Origin: Sedimentisphaerales bacterium
GTDB taxonomy: Bacteria; Planctomycetota; Phycisphaerae; Sedimentisphaerales; SM23-30
Direction: 5' to 3'
DNA: 64,000 nucleotides
NCBI GenBank assembly: GCA_963663965.2
Contig: CAXXFK010000029.1
Location: 128,001 to 192,000 of the forward strand
Part shown: piece after piece, positions 9,608-20,822 of the stretch
Position numbering within the stretch: the stretch's first letter is position 1
How the letters are laid out: every line of letters starts with the position of its first letter
Notes under the pieces: generated by a model
Seen by the model: only the letters and a program-made list of their open reading frames with translations
Told to the model about the DNA's origin: nothing
Databases searched by the model: none
Translations under genes and position numbers: made by a program

Positions 9608-10555
9608 ATGGCACAATCAAGTTCCGCTCACTTGGAAGATATTGAACGGTTACGCAATAATCTTAAGAAGGTTATCATGGGTAAAGATCAATGTGTTGAT
9701 ATATTGATTATTGCATTAATGGCGGGCGGATCGGTTTTACTAGAGGATATTCCCGGTGTGGGTAAAACGACCCTGGCCAAAGCGTTGGCCCGGAGTATTC
9801 AGGCCGATTTTCGCCGGATTCAATTTACTCCAGATTTGTTGCCGGCGGATATTCTGGGGTCGTCTATCTATAATCCGGTGTCGGGCGAGTTCAAATTTCA
9901 GAAAGGTCCCATTTTCTGTAATGTTCTTTTGGCGGATGAAATTAATCGGGCATCGCCCCGGACGCAGTCGGCGCTTCTGGAAGCCATGAATGAATTGCAG
10001 GCTTCGATTGACGGGGCCAGCCATCCGTTGCCCAGTCCATTTATTATGCTGGCCACGCAAAATCCGATCGATTTTCATGGGACCTATCCTTTGCCCGAAG
10101 CTCAACTTGACAGGTTTCTGGTTATGCTGGATCTGGGCTATCCAGAACGGGATGTTGAAGTAAATATTCTTCAGAGCCGACAGCATTTAGATCCTTTGGA
10201 ACATATCGAGCCAGTATTAGATGGCGGCAGGATACACGCCATGCAACAAGAGGTATTAACTATTCATGTTGATCCATCGGTATCCTGCTATGTGGTCGAT
10301 CTGGTTACAGCAACCCGTCAGGATGACCGTCTCAAATTAGGCGTGAGTCCTCGAGGATCGCTCATGTTATCGCGCAGTGCCCAGGCGGCAGCTTATATCC
10401 GGGGGCGAGACTATGTCATTCCGGACGATGTGCAGGAAATGGCTGTTTATGTTCTGCCTCATCGTGTCATTACTACCGCCCGGACCCGTTATGACGGCAT
10501 TGGCAAACGTCAAATTGTCGAAGATATTATCAACAAGGTATCCGTTCCCGTCTGA
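9608..10555 (+). CDS. moxR: MoxR-family AAA+ ATPase
   Basis: LLEDIPGVGKT, RIQFTPDLLPADI, LLADEINRASPRTQSALLEAM, ATQNP, YPLPEAQLDRF. Confidence 0.93.
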   Translation: MAQSSSAHLEDIERLRNNLKKVIMGKDQCVDILIIALMAGGSVLLEDIPGVGKTTLAKALARSIQADFRRIQFTPDLLPADILGSSIYNPVSGEFKFQKGPIFCNVLLADEINRASPRTQSALLEAMNELQASIDGASHPLPSPFIMLATQNPIDFHGTYPLPEAQLDRFLVMLDLGYPERDVEVNILQSRQHLDPLEHIEPVLDGGRIHAMQQEVLTIHVDPSVSCYVVDLVTATRQDDRLKLGVSPRGSLMLSRSAQAAAYIRGRDYVIPDDVQEMAVYVLPHRVITTARTRYDGIGKRQIVEDIINKVSVPV

Positions 10556-10557
10556 TC

Positions 10558-11826
10558 ATGAAGAAGCAAAAAAGCGTAAAAAACAGCCTGTTAATTCGCT
10601 TTTTAAAGTGGGCATACGACCTTACGGTTTTCAAGTATACCCTTTACGGAGTCATTACGACTTCCGCAATGACGATTGCCGCGCTTCTGGTGATTGATAT
10701 GCCGGTATTTCTGCTTATCGTGGCACCGCTGGCGTTTATCTTCATGTCTTATGTGATCGGTTATTTCTTCAAGCCCAAAGTACGCCTGGAAGGGCGTTTG
10801 CCCGATCAGGTGGTCGCCGGTCGCGAATTTATAATCCGATATACGATTACCAATATTGGAAGGATATCGGCCTGGGATATCGGTCTTGAGATATATGGTT
10901 TGCCGGTTTCGTTCCAGCGCATCAATCGTCATGATATTGTGCAACGATTAAAACCGGGGCAATCGATAGAATATCTTATCCGTATTCTGGCCAATCGAAG
11001 GGGGATATATCGGTTGAGAGAACCGATCTGTTATACCACCTTCCCATTTAATCTGGTACGCATGTTTCGGGGTAATCCTCATAAATTGTCAACTGTTCCT
11101 GTTGTTGTTCAACCTGATTATTATCCGATGGAACGGATCTATATTTCATCACAATTACGCCATCAGGCGGGCGGCATCATGCAGGCGAGCAATGTCGGCG
11201 AATCACCCGAATATATCGGGAATCGGGAATATCGCCATGGTGATTCACCCCGCCGAATAGATCCGCGTGCCTGGGCGCGACTGGCAATACCCGTCGTTAA
11301 GGAATATGATGAAGAATATTTTTCGCATTTAGCCTTGATCCTGGATACTTATTTTCCACGCAACCGCCAGGATATTATGGGGTATTATCCTGAATTGGAA
11401 GCCGCGATCAGCTTGACCGCGGCGGTGGTCGATGCCATTTCGCGTGGCGAAGACATCATCGATGTGTTTGCCACAGGATCAGAGTTACATGTCTTTCGTG
11501 CCGGACGGCATTTGAGTACGTTTGATAAGGTGCTTGAAATTCTGGCCGGAGTGGATGCCTGTCATGAAGATCCGTTCGATCAAGTCGCACCGCGATTAGC
11601 GGAAGAAATCCATCAGACATCGGCGGTTATTTGTATTTTTCTGGATTGGGACAAAAGCCGCGAGAAAATTGTGCGTTTTGCCGTGGAAAGTGGTTGTACC
11701 GTCAGGGTCGTTATAGTCCGTGATAAATCCGTGAGCCAACCATTTCATCAGGTTCAAGACTGGTGTGGAGAGATACTGGTTTACAAACCCCAAGATATTA
11801 TCAAGGGGAATGCTGTCAGGATATGA
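10558..11826 (+). CDS. DUF58 domain membrane protein
   Basis: N-terminal TMs, RRGIY, EYIGNREYRHGDSPRRIDPRAWAR, VVKEYDEE, LILD. Starts 2 nt after the moxR stop. Confidence 0.85.
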   Translation: MKKQKSVKNSLLIRFLKWAYDLTVFKYTLYGVITTSAMTIAALLVIDMPVFLLIVAPLAFIFMSYVIGYFFKPKVRLEGRLPDQVVAGREFIIRYTITNIGRISAWDIGLEIYGLPVSFQRINRHDIVQRLKPGQSIEYLIRILANRRGIYRLREPICYTTFPFNLVRMFRGNPHKLSTVPVVVQPDYYPMERIYISSQLRHQAGGIMQASNVGESPEYIGNREYRHGDSPRRIDPRAWARLAIPVVKEYDEEYFSHLALILDTYFPRNRQDIMGYYPELEAAISLTAAVVDAISRGEDIIDVFATGSELHVFRAGRHLSTFDKVLEILAGVDACHEDPFDQVAPRLAEEIHQTSAVICIFLDWDKSREKIVRFAVESGCTVRVVIVRDKSVSQPFHQVQDWCGEILVYKPQDIIKGNAVRI

Positions 11827-12088
11827 TTCTACTTCTCGGGTATGGAAATGTCAGATCGCTCGCAGGCTAAGTATTTACTTGTAAAAGACTTACTTAATGG
11901 CCAAGCGGGCATTTTTAATCGTAAAGGTTATAGAACAAAGGAATCAATAGCTTGAAATCTTTGCCTTCATTTGTATTGTATTATTAACCGGAGATGTTGA
12001 ATTTGTATGCTTGGTAAAGCTGATAACCTCGCATCTGTTTTACCGGGCAGGCCACTATAATAACTTTAACCAGCAATTGGAAACTGCA

Positions 12089-12583
12089 ATGCCAACCGAG
12101 ACGGTATTTTATCTTGAGATTAACAAACTGGCAGATCTACAACCCAAAGACTTGCGTGATTCAGGTTTTCGGATTGAAGAGTGCCACGTAAAGCAATATC
12201 AATACAATCGATTTTTGTATGAGTTTATCGGAAATCCCTGGCAATGGACTGATAAACTGGGGCTAACCGATCAACAATGGCAAGATTACGTGGCAGATGC
12301 TTTACTGAGAACCTGGGTGGCCTATTGTCAAGGCAGCATAGCGGGTTATTATGAATTGATCAAACAAGGACAAGATGTTGAGATCCGTTATTTCGGGTTG
12401 GCTTTAGATTTTATCGGCAAGGGATGGGGCGGGGTGTTATTGACACATGCGATAAGGTCAGGATTTGCCTGGGGAGCCAATCGAGTCTGGCTGCATACTT
12501 GTACGAAAGATCATGAGCACGCATTGGCTAATTACCAGGCAAGAGGCATGACGATTTATAAAACTGAAGTTAAAAAGGAGTAA
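12089..12583 (+). CDS. GNAT-family N-acetyltransferase (ORF track extends upstream to 12011)
   Basis: EIRYFGLALDFIGKGWGG acetyl-CoA motif, RVWLHTCTKDHEHALANYQARG. Confidence 0.85.
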   Translation: MPTETVFYLEINKLADLQPKDLRDSGFRIEECHVKQYQYNRFLYEFIGNPWQWTDKLGLTDQQWQDYVADALLRTWVAYCQGSIAGYYELIKQGQDVEIRYFGLALDFIGKGWGGVLLTHAIRSGFAWGANRVWLHTCTKDHEHALANYQARGMTIYKTEVKKE

Positions 12584-13070
12584 TTCAACTACTTATGCTT
12601 GCCTTAGATAAGTCGGGAATTCCCATGATTGGGGTTTTAATGCGGTTTCAGGATTAAATTTTCCAAATATTTAAGGCGTAAGGGAATTTTTAGATGATCC
12701 CGAATCGTACAGAAATGAAGCGTAATCATTTTGTTTTGGACAAATTTCCCAATTATTGGAATTATTAAAAATGACCCAAGTATGATTCCTATGTTACAAT
12801 CACAGGATGTTTTAGCCGTATTTGTTTAATGTTAGTTACAGGATTGGATATAAAGAAAATTTGGATAAGGCCAATAGTTGACATGTTATAAGTTGTTATA
12901 AATGAATATATTATGAATTTAGTGTGATTGTAGGTTAGATTAATGAACATTGTCAGGACTTGCCAAGGATTTCGCGGAAATCAGACTTAGATATATGAGG
13001 CTATAAAGCAGCCCCAAGGATCATAAAATATTATGAATCGCATTTTTATGATTGAATTTTGAAAAGAAAA

Positions 13071-13099
13071 TTGCATTCTGATTGAATCGGTATTAAAAT
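13071..13099 (+). promoter_or_regulatory. Sigma70-type promoter for candidate sRNA
   Basis: TTGCAT-N17-TAAAAT with an A-rich UP-like tract immediately upstream. Confidence 0.55.
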
Positions 13100-13104
13100 T
13101 TCAG

Positions 13105-13208
13105 ATAGAATTCGTGAATTTAAAGAGATTTTAACCTCTTAACCGCCTGAATATCTCTTTATGGGATATTCAAGAGCCCTGGCCCTCCCACCAGGGCTTC
13201 TTTATTTT
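13105..13208 (+). ncRNA. Candidate ~100-nt small regulatory RNA (three hairpins, last one a terminator)
   Basis: Promoter directly upstream. Stems AAGAG/CTCTT (13123-13140), TGAATATCTC/GGGATATTCA (13148-13172) and AGCCCTGG-CCCTCCCA-CCAGGGCT followed by TCTTTATTTT. No ORF in the track covers this span. Confidence 0.55.
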
Positions 13209-13551
13209 CTAGAAATAGTTGCCTCCCAATATGTGGACATTTCATATTATTTTAATAATTAAGTGAATGATAACCTGTTTTTATTAATAAGGTTAACGTC
13301 GTGAAGGTAAAGGCGGTCATCAGGCTCACTCACTATTAGTTGTTCAATGATATAAATTTCAGAAATTCCGTAGTATCAAATTGACCGGTTCGAATCGTAT
13401 TGTCTAAATCATTAGTTGGCCGGAAATATCTTCCCGGAATTGTGCGTGCTTGTCGCCACAATAGGATTGGTGTATAATTGCCCACCTTATTAAATCATGT
13501 TGATTTATACCTGACTTTATAACGCTGAAACTGAATGACAAGGAGATCTTT

Positions 13552-13998
13552 GTGGAACGAACGCTGATTTTATTGAAGCCGGATGCCGTTCAGCGGCGCT
13601 TGATGGGACAGATAATCAACCGTTTTGAGCGGCGGGGATTTCAGGTAGTCGGTTGTAAAATGATGCCAATCACACCCGAACTGGCTCAAAAGCATTACGC
13701 CGAACATGTGGGCAAGCCATTTTTTGACGGCCTGTTAAAATTTATTACCAGCGGTCCGGTTCTGGCCATGGCCTTGCAGGGTGAAGGGGTGGTGGCGCTG
13801 GCGCGTACGATGATGGGGAAAACCAACTGCGCCGAAGCGGATCCCGGAACGATTCGCGGCGATTTTGGCACGGCCAAAAGCTTTAACCTGATCCATGGCA
13901 GTGACAGTCCACAGTCGGCTCAGCGTGAACTGGCTTTATTTTTTAATGACGATGAATTGATGGATTATGATGTTAATGTGATGTACTGGCTGGACTGA
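13552..13998 (+). CDS. ndk: Nucleoside diphosphate kinase
   Basis: [34 protein letters not shown] start with AAGGAG RBS. Confidence 0.97.
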   Translation: MERTLILLKPDAVQRRLMGQIINRFERRGFQVVGCKMMPITPELAQKHYAEHVGKPFFDGLLKFITSGPVLAMALQGEGVVALARTMMGKTNCAEADPGTIRGDFGTAKSFNLIHGSDSPQSAQRELALFFNDDELMDYDVNVMYWLD

Positions 13999-14045
13999 TA
14001 TCAGTCGGTGTATTAATCAGACTAAAACAGAGGGTATCGAACTGA

Positions 14046-16115
<2,070 letters not shown>

Positions 16116-16269
16116 CAAGGAAAACGATTAGTCGATTTGGCTGAATCGGATAATATTTTTTCAATTTCTATATACGAAATCGGGTGACTGGTGCGTCGTT
16201 ATAATGGATGCCTGCTTTGTAATGGCTATAGCAGGAATAGTTTCGCGCGAAAAAGATATGGATGTTTAA

Positions 16270-16818
16270 ATGTCTGATATAGATTTAGTTAGAAAAATTG
16301 GCCAGGGCGATAAGCAGGCGTTGACTGCTTTTTATCATGGGTATCGTGATATAATGCTGCGCTTGGCGCTCTCCTTGGCAGTCGATGTAAACCTGGCGGA
16401 AGATATTGTTCATGATGTGTTGTTGTCTATCGTACGCAGCGCCCGGCATATCAAGCTGAAAACCAGTTTGAAAAGTTACCTGGCGGCCAGTATTGCGAAT
16501 CGGGCCCGTACGCTGCTACGAGACAGCAAACGACTGGAATTGATGGGGGAGAATCATGATTTGGATGTGAATACCGGTCAGATCTATCAACCGGATCAAT
16601 GGTTAATCCTGACCGAATCCATCAGGCAATTACGTGATGCCATGGCTCAGTTGCCTTATGAACAGCGTGAAGCGGTTAATTTGCATATTCAGGGTGAAAT
16701 GACCTTTCGGCAGATAGCCGATCTGCAAGGTGAATCCACTAATACTGTTCAGGGGCGTTATCGATATGGATTGAAAAAACTGCGAGCTTTATTAATCAAA
16801 AGCGAGGTGAAGCAATGA
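16270..16818 (+). CDS. ECF-type RNA polymerase sigma factor
   Basis: AEDIVHDV, SLKSYL (region 2) and LPYEQREAV...TFRQIA...NTVQGRYRYGLKKLR (region 4). Confidence 0.92.
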   Translation: MSDIDLVRKIGQGDKQALTAFYHGYRDIMLRLALSLAVDVNLAEDIVHDVLLSIVRSARHIKLKTSLKSYLAASIANRARTLLRDSKRLELMGENHDLDVNTGQIYQPDQWLILTESIRQLRDAMAQLPYEQREAVNLHIQGEMTFRQIADLQGESTNTVQGRYRYGLKKLRALLIKSEVKQ

Positions 16819-19415
16819 CCAGCGCAGATGTTATAAGAAAAATTATGGAAAATACTGCTATCGAAGTGAATCCAGAACGAGATCAAGCAATGCTTGACGA
16901 CTTGATAGCGGAACAAACGAAACAACGACTTTCGGCGGGATCGAAGGATCTGTCGAAATGGAGACTTTTTATGAATACACAATTAAGGTATGCCGCTGCG
17001 ATTATTATCACTGCGGTGGTAGTTTGGATGGTTGCCCAGACAGCCGGAGTGCCAGAGATGGCATCAGTGGCCTGGGCCGATGTGGTCGAACGATTTAAAA
17101 GTGTCCAGTTTTTCAGCGCGGTAGTTTATACCAAAGACAATGCCACAGCTCAGCCTCAGCAATATGAACTCTGGATGGGAGCCGGGGGGCGGGCTCGCCT
17201 GCGATTTGGCGATCAGGTTATTTTTGGAAAAAAAGGTCAGGTGACCCATGCCTTTGATATTGGCTCTCTTAAAACAGAGCTAAGTATGGATCAAGTCGAT
17301 CCCATGGCTGAAAACATGTTAAAGAAACTGGGAACCTTCGAGAGATTTTCGCTGGATGAAATGTTACGTGTAATGTTTCAGGGCGCTCAGTTACAGGATA
17401 TGACACCCCTGATCAACCAGGATGCTTCTATTTCGGAGGATTTGCTGATTTTTGACGCGGAGTCACCCATCTCGCCGGAATGGCTGCGTATCTGGGTTTT
17501 ACGCGAAAGCCGATTGCCGGTCCGGTTGAGATTGTGGGATCCGCGATTTGGCGATTGTGTCGATGTGCAGTTTACCTATTCCAAAGAGCAGTCGGAAGAC
17601 TTTTTTGACGCCGATAAGTACAGCGAATTTCTGGCCCGTGCCCGGTCGCAGGCTGTCGGCCGGACTAATCTGGCGTATGCTTACCTGACTGATCCCGGAG
17701 GGAAAAACTATACTCCTGCCGAGATTTTTGAAGAAAACGGGTATCATCTACCAGAAGTGAAACAAGTGGGTATTACTGAAAAAGGAGCTGTCTGGATCGT
17801 GGCGGGGAAAGCTCAGAATCGTACTCCCAGTGGCCATATGTTTTATGGCTTTGAGCGTATCGAAGATGATCTGGGGCGACATTATCAGAGGGTGGCCTCC
17901 AGTCACCGTACGATGGAAGATGAATCACGCGAGGTGTTTATACCAGAGGATTATCCTTTTGATCCTCGTCGGCCCGGGATTATTTCTCTAATCTGTGAAG
18001 CGGACGATAATCACCCCCGGCAGAAATTGGAAACAATCGGTACGGTTGAATGGGAAAAGATTGAATATGAAAGCTCACTGCCGGCTAATAAATTCTCAAC
18101 CGATGAAATGGAGTTTGTGGTTCAGGCCGCACGGGGCTATCTGAAAAATGGCGATAAGGACCGGGTAGATCAATGTCTGGAGATGATGAAAGCGTATCCG
18201 GACGATAGCCGTTTGGGTTTGATGCGTGAAAAAGTGGTTTTGAAACGTTTCCTAGAACAAAATGAATATGATGAGGTTTGCCAATTGGCTGACCGCCTGG
18301 CGCCGATTCAAATGAAGGATTATCTACGCTGGAAAGGGTACGCGCCGTCGTGTCGAGATTTCAATGAATTGATCATTGCTTATGTACAAGCCGGTCATCT
18401 GGATAAGGCGGGGGCGTTATGGCGTCAGGTCCAACAGGCTGAACCGGAAATTCCAGACCATTTAAACCGCAGGGCCGTGGAACAGATTCGAGAAACAATT
18501 CGTGACTATCTGGAGCAAAACGAAGAAAATCTGGCACGTGATCTGATGTACATTACAGAAGCGACAATCAATGAGGTGGGCGAATTGTTGGGAATCGATC
18601 TGGAAAAAAAGTATCCTGGATGCCAGTCATGGATACCGCGACGAAAACAGGCTGTTTTTCAGTCAGGCGAACAACGGATAAAGGAACTGACGACCTATTA
18701 CCAATCGCATTCACTTCCGGAAAAATATGAATTGCATCAGCGTTCGATACCAGATCCGATCTATTTTGCTCGTAATGAGATACCGGGAACTGAGTACAGT
18801 ATATTCCCATTAAACGGCACGTTGGAATCTCTGGCAAATACCATTAAGATTTTCGATCCAGTGTGGTCTGAAAATGGCATTACGGTTGAATGTGATAAGG
18901 ATATCGATGATAAAAAAATGAATTGCGATCTGGTTTATCATTGCGATATCTCTAAAAATGAAGCGTTGCGATATGTTCTGGATCAGTATGGTTATCAGAT
19001 ACAGGAAGTTGAAGGTGAAGTCGGCGAAGTCTGGGTGGTTCATTACGATGGGCGGTCTCTGCAAGATTATCATGATGTTATTGCCCCTGTTCCCTATAAC
19101 AGTAAAGACGCGCCCAAAACGGGCATGATGGTATCGAGTGCAAGTAACGGATTTTCGCTGAATGGTCTGTTATCTAATTTGAGTTTCTGTTATTGTTCGA
19201 GTGACACAGAGGGTCGAATAGATTCTACGAATCGATTGATCTTTGTCAACAAGACCGGATTGGATCGTTTTTCACCTGCTTTGAGTCTGGAAATACCCTA
19301 TATGAAGGGAGCGGAAGGTTGGAAATTCGCACAGCAATGGTTTCTGGCCGAATTTGGAATTACGTTTGAGTTAGAAAAAATACCATTAAAGATTTATAGA
19401 GTAATTAAGCAATAA
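16815..19415 (+). CDS. Large membrane-anchored putative anti-sigma factor / sensor (866 aa)
   Basis: Overlaps the sigma stop (ATGA). Short cytoplasmic N-terminus, one TM, then SVAWADVVE and a large extracytoplasmic region with TPR-like helices. Confidence 0.65.
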   Translation: MTSADVIRKIMENTAIEVNPERDQAMLDDLIAEQTKQRLSAGSKDLSKWRLFMNTQLRYAAAIIITAVVVWMVAQTAGVPEMASVAWADVVERFKSVQFFSAVVYTKDNATAQPQQYELWMGAGGRARLRFGDQVIFGKKGQVTHAFDIGSLKTELSMDQVDPMAENMLKKLGTFERFSLDEMLRVMFQGAQLQDMTPLINQDASISEDLLIFDAESPISPEWLRIWVLRESRLPVRLRLWDPRFGDCVDVQFTYSKEQSEDFFDADKYSEFLARARSQAVGRTNLAYAYLTDPGGKNYTPAEIFEENGYHLPEVKQVGITEKGAVWIVAGKAQNRTPSGHMFYGFERIEDDLGRHYQRVASSHRTMEDESREVFIPEDYPFDPRRPGIISLICEADDNHPRQKLETIGTVEWEKIEYESSLPANKFSTDEMEFVVQAARGYLKNGDKDRVDQCLEMMKAYPDDSRLGLMREKVVLKRFLEQNEYDEVCQLADRLAPIQMKDYLRWKGYAPSCRDFNELIIAYVQAGHLDKAGALWRQVQQAEPEIPDHLNRRAVEQIRETIRDYLEQNEENLARDLMYITEATINEVGELLGIDLEKKYPGCQSWIPRRKQAVFQSGEQRIKELTTYYQSHSLPEKYELHQRSIPDPIYFARNEIPGTEYSIFPLNGTLESLANTIKIFDPVWSENGITVECDKDIDDKKMNCDLVYHCDISKNEALRYVLDQYGYQIQEVEGEVGEVWVVHYDGRSLQDYHDVIAPVPYNSKDAPKTGMMVSSASNGFSLNGLLSNLSFCYCSSDTEGRIDSTNRLIFVNKTGLDRFSPALSLEIPYMKGAEGWKFAQQWFLAEFGITFELEKIPLKIYRVIKQ

Positions 19416-19433
19416 AAAGTAAAATATTCAGCA

Positions 19434-19460
19434 GACTTGCGCCGAAACACGGCGCAAGTC
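19434..19460. terminator. Perfect 11-bp hairpin after the anti-sigma gene (terminator or stabiliser)
   Basis: GACTTGCGCCG-AAACA-CGGCGCAAGTC. No clear T-tract. Confidence 0.5.
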
Positions 19461-19752
19461 GGTATATCATAACGCCTACTAATAGCATTATTAGAAACGG
19501 GTTAGTGCTTTTTCAAATCAGTTAATGATGAAGACCCTGGTGAATATACCAGGTCCAATAAGCAGGCTCATTCTGAAAATTTCTTAATGAATTCGAATAT
19601 GAAAGAATGCAACTTGTTAAATTCTAGTAGTTTGTATCTATCTTGATAAATATTGTCTGGTACCGAGCAAGTAGTTAAAGTCGGATATTTAATGTAACGA
19701 ATTTATAATTAAGCGTTTATATAGTTCTTTACATTAAAATATAGGTATCACT

Positions 19753-20775
19753 ATGAAAAAGCACTTGATATTCTGCCTGACTGTCATTTGTGGGATTCTA
19801 TTGATGGGTTGTGAAAAACAGGGTGGTAATACAGGCGATCAGTCTAAGGGTAATGGAGATCTATCATCCGAGAAAACGCCGGCGATAGTGAAAAGTGAAA
19901 ATGCTATCGAGAAACCATCTAAACAGGCGAATGACTATCTTGATTTTGTGCCACATAAACGTGCGCCAAAAACGATTCAACTGGTGTGTGGTCCGCTGGA
20001 TGGCAAGCCGGAGGTTGATGGCGATGGCAGCGATGCGGTCTGGAGTCAGGCCCAATCTATTGAAACACTGGATTTCAGTTCCCAACGGGCTATCGAATTG
20101 CGAGCCGGGTATTATGATGGCAAGATCTATCTGTTGGCCCGGTATCCAGATGAGGCGGCTTCGGAAACGCATAAATCCTGGGAATGGGATGCCCAGGAAA
20201 AAATCTATAAACCGATGATGGACCGGGAGGATATGCTGGTGCTCAAGTGGGCCATGGAAGGCAGTTATATGGGATTCGATCCAGATAAGGTAGAGCCACA
20301 TAAAGCGGACATCTGGTTCTGGAAGGCGTGCCGGACAAATCCGGCGGGATATTTTGATGATAAATATCAATTGATGACCAGAGAAGAAGCGGACAAAGCC
20401 CTGGTCGTGCCATCTGACAAATTTGGAACATTGTATTTACAACGGATCGCGGATGAAGGCAAGAGCGCCTATCGTGAGGAGACTCCGTTGGACTATGGCG
20501 GCGATTATATCGGATTGTATTATCCACGCCAGCCTGAGGGTAGTCGAGCGGATGTTGTCGGTAAAGGCCGCTGGCAAAATGGCTATTGGACGATCGAAGC
20601 CTGCCGCCAGTTGAATACCGAGCATGATGATGATATTCAATTTGAAACCGGCAAGGAGTATCCATTTGTTGTGACATTATATGAGATGGCCTGTTCAGCA
20701 GTAGAACCGGAATGGTGGCAACCCTTGTATCGAACGGGAAACGCTTTTGATCGGCTCATTCTTTCCATCGAATAA
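19753..20775 (+). CDS. Lipoprotein with ethylbenzene-dehydrogenase-related (EB_dh/DOMON-like) domain
   Basis: Lipobox LLMGC, PEVDGDGSDAVW, IYLLARYPD, REDML, ADIWFWKACRTNP, GRWQNGYWTIEACRQLNT. Confidence 0.7.
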   Translation: MKKHLIFCLTVICGILLMGCEKQGGNTGDQSKGNGDLSSEKTPAIVKSENAIEKPSKQANDYLDFVPHKRAPKTIQLVCGPLDGKPEVDGDGSDAVWSQAQSIETLDFSSQRAIELRAGYYDGKIYLLARYPDEAASETHKSWEWDAQEKIYKPMMDREDMLVLKWAMEGSYMGFDPDKVEPHKADIWFWKACRTNPAGYFDDKYQLMTREEADKALVVPSDKFGTLYLQRIADEGKSAYREETPLDYGGDYIGLYYPRQPEGSRADVVGKGRWQNGYWTIEACRQLNTEHDDDIQFETGKEYPFVVTLYEMACSAVEPEWWQPLYRTGNAFDRLILSIE

Positions 20776-20822
20776 TCTGATGAATTTTTTCAACGTCTGA
20801 TCGTAATATCATAAAGCCCGAT

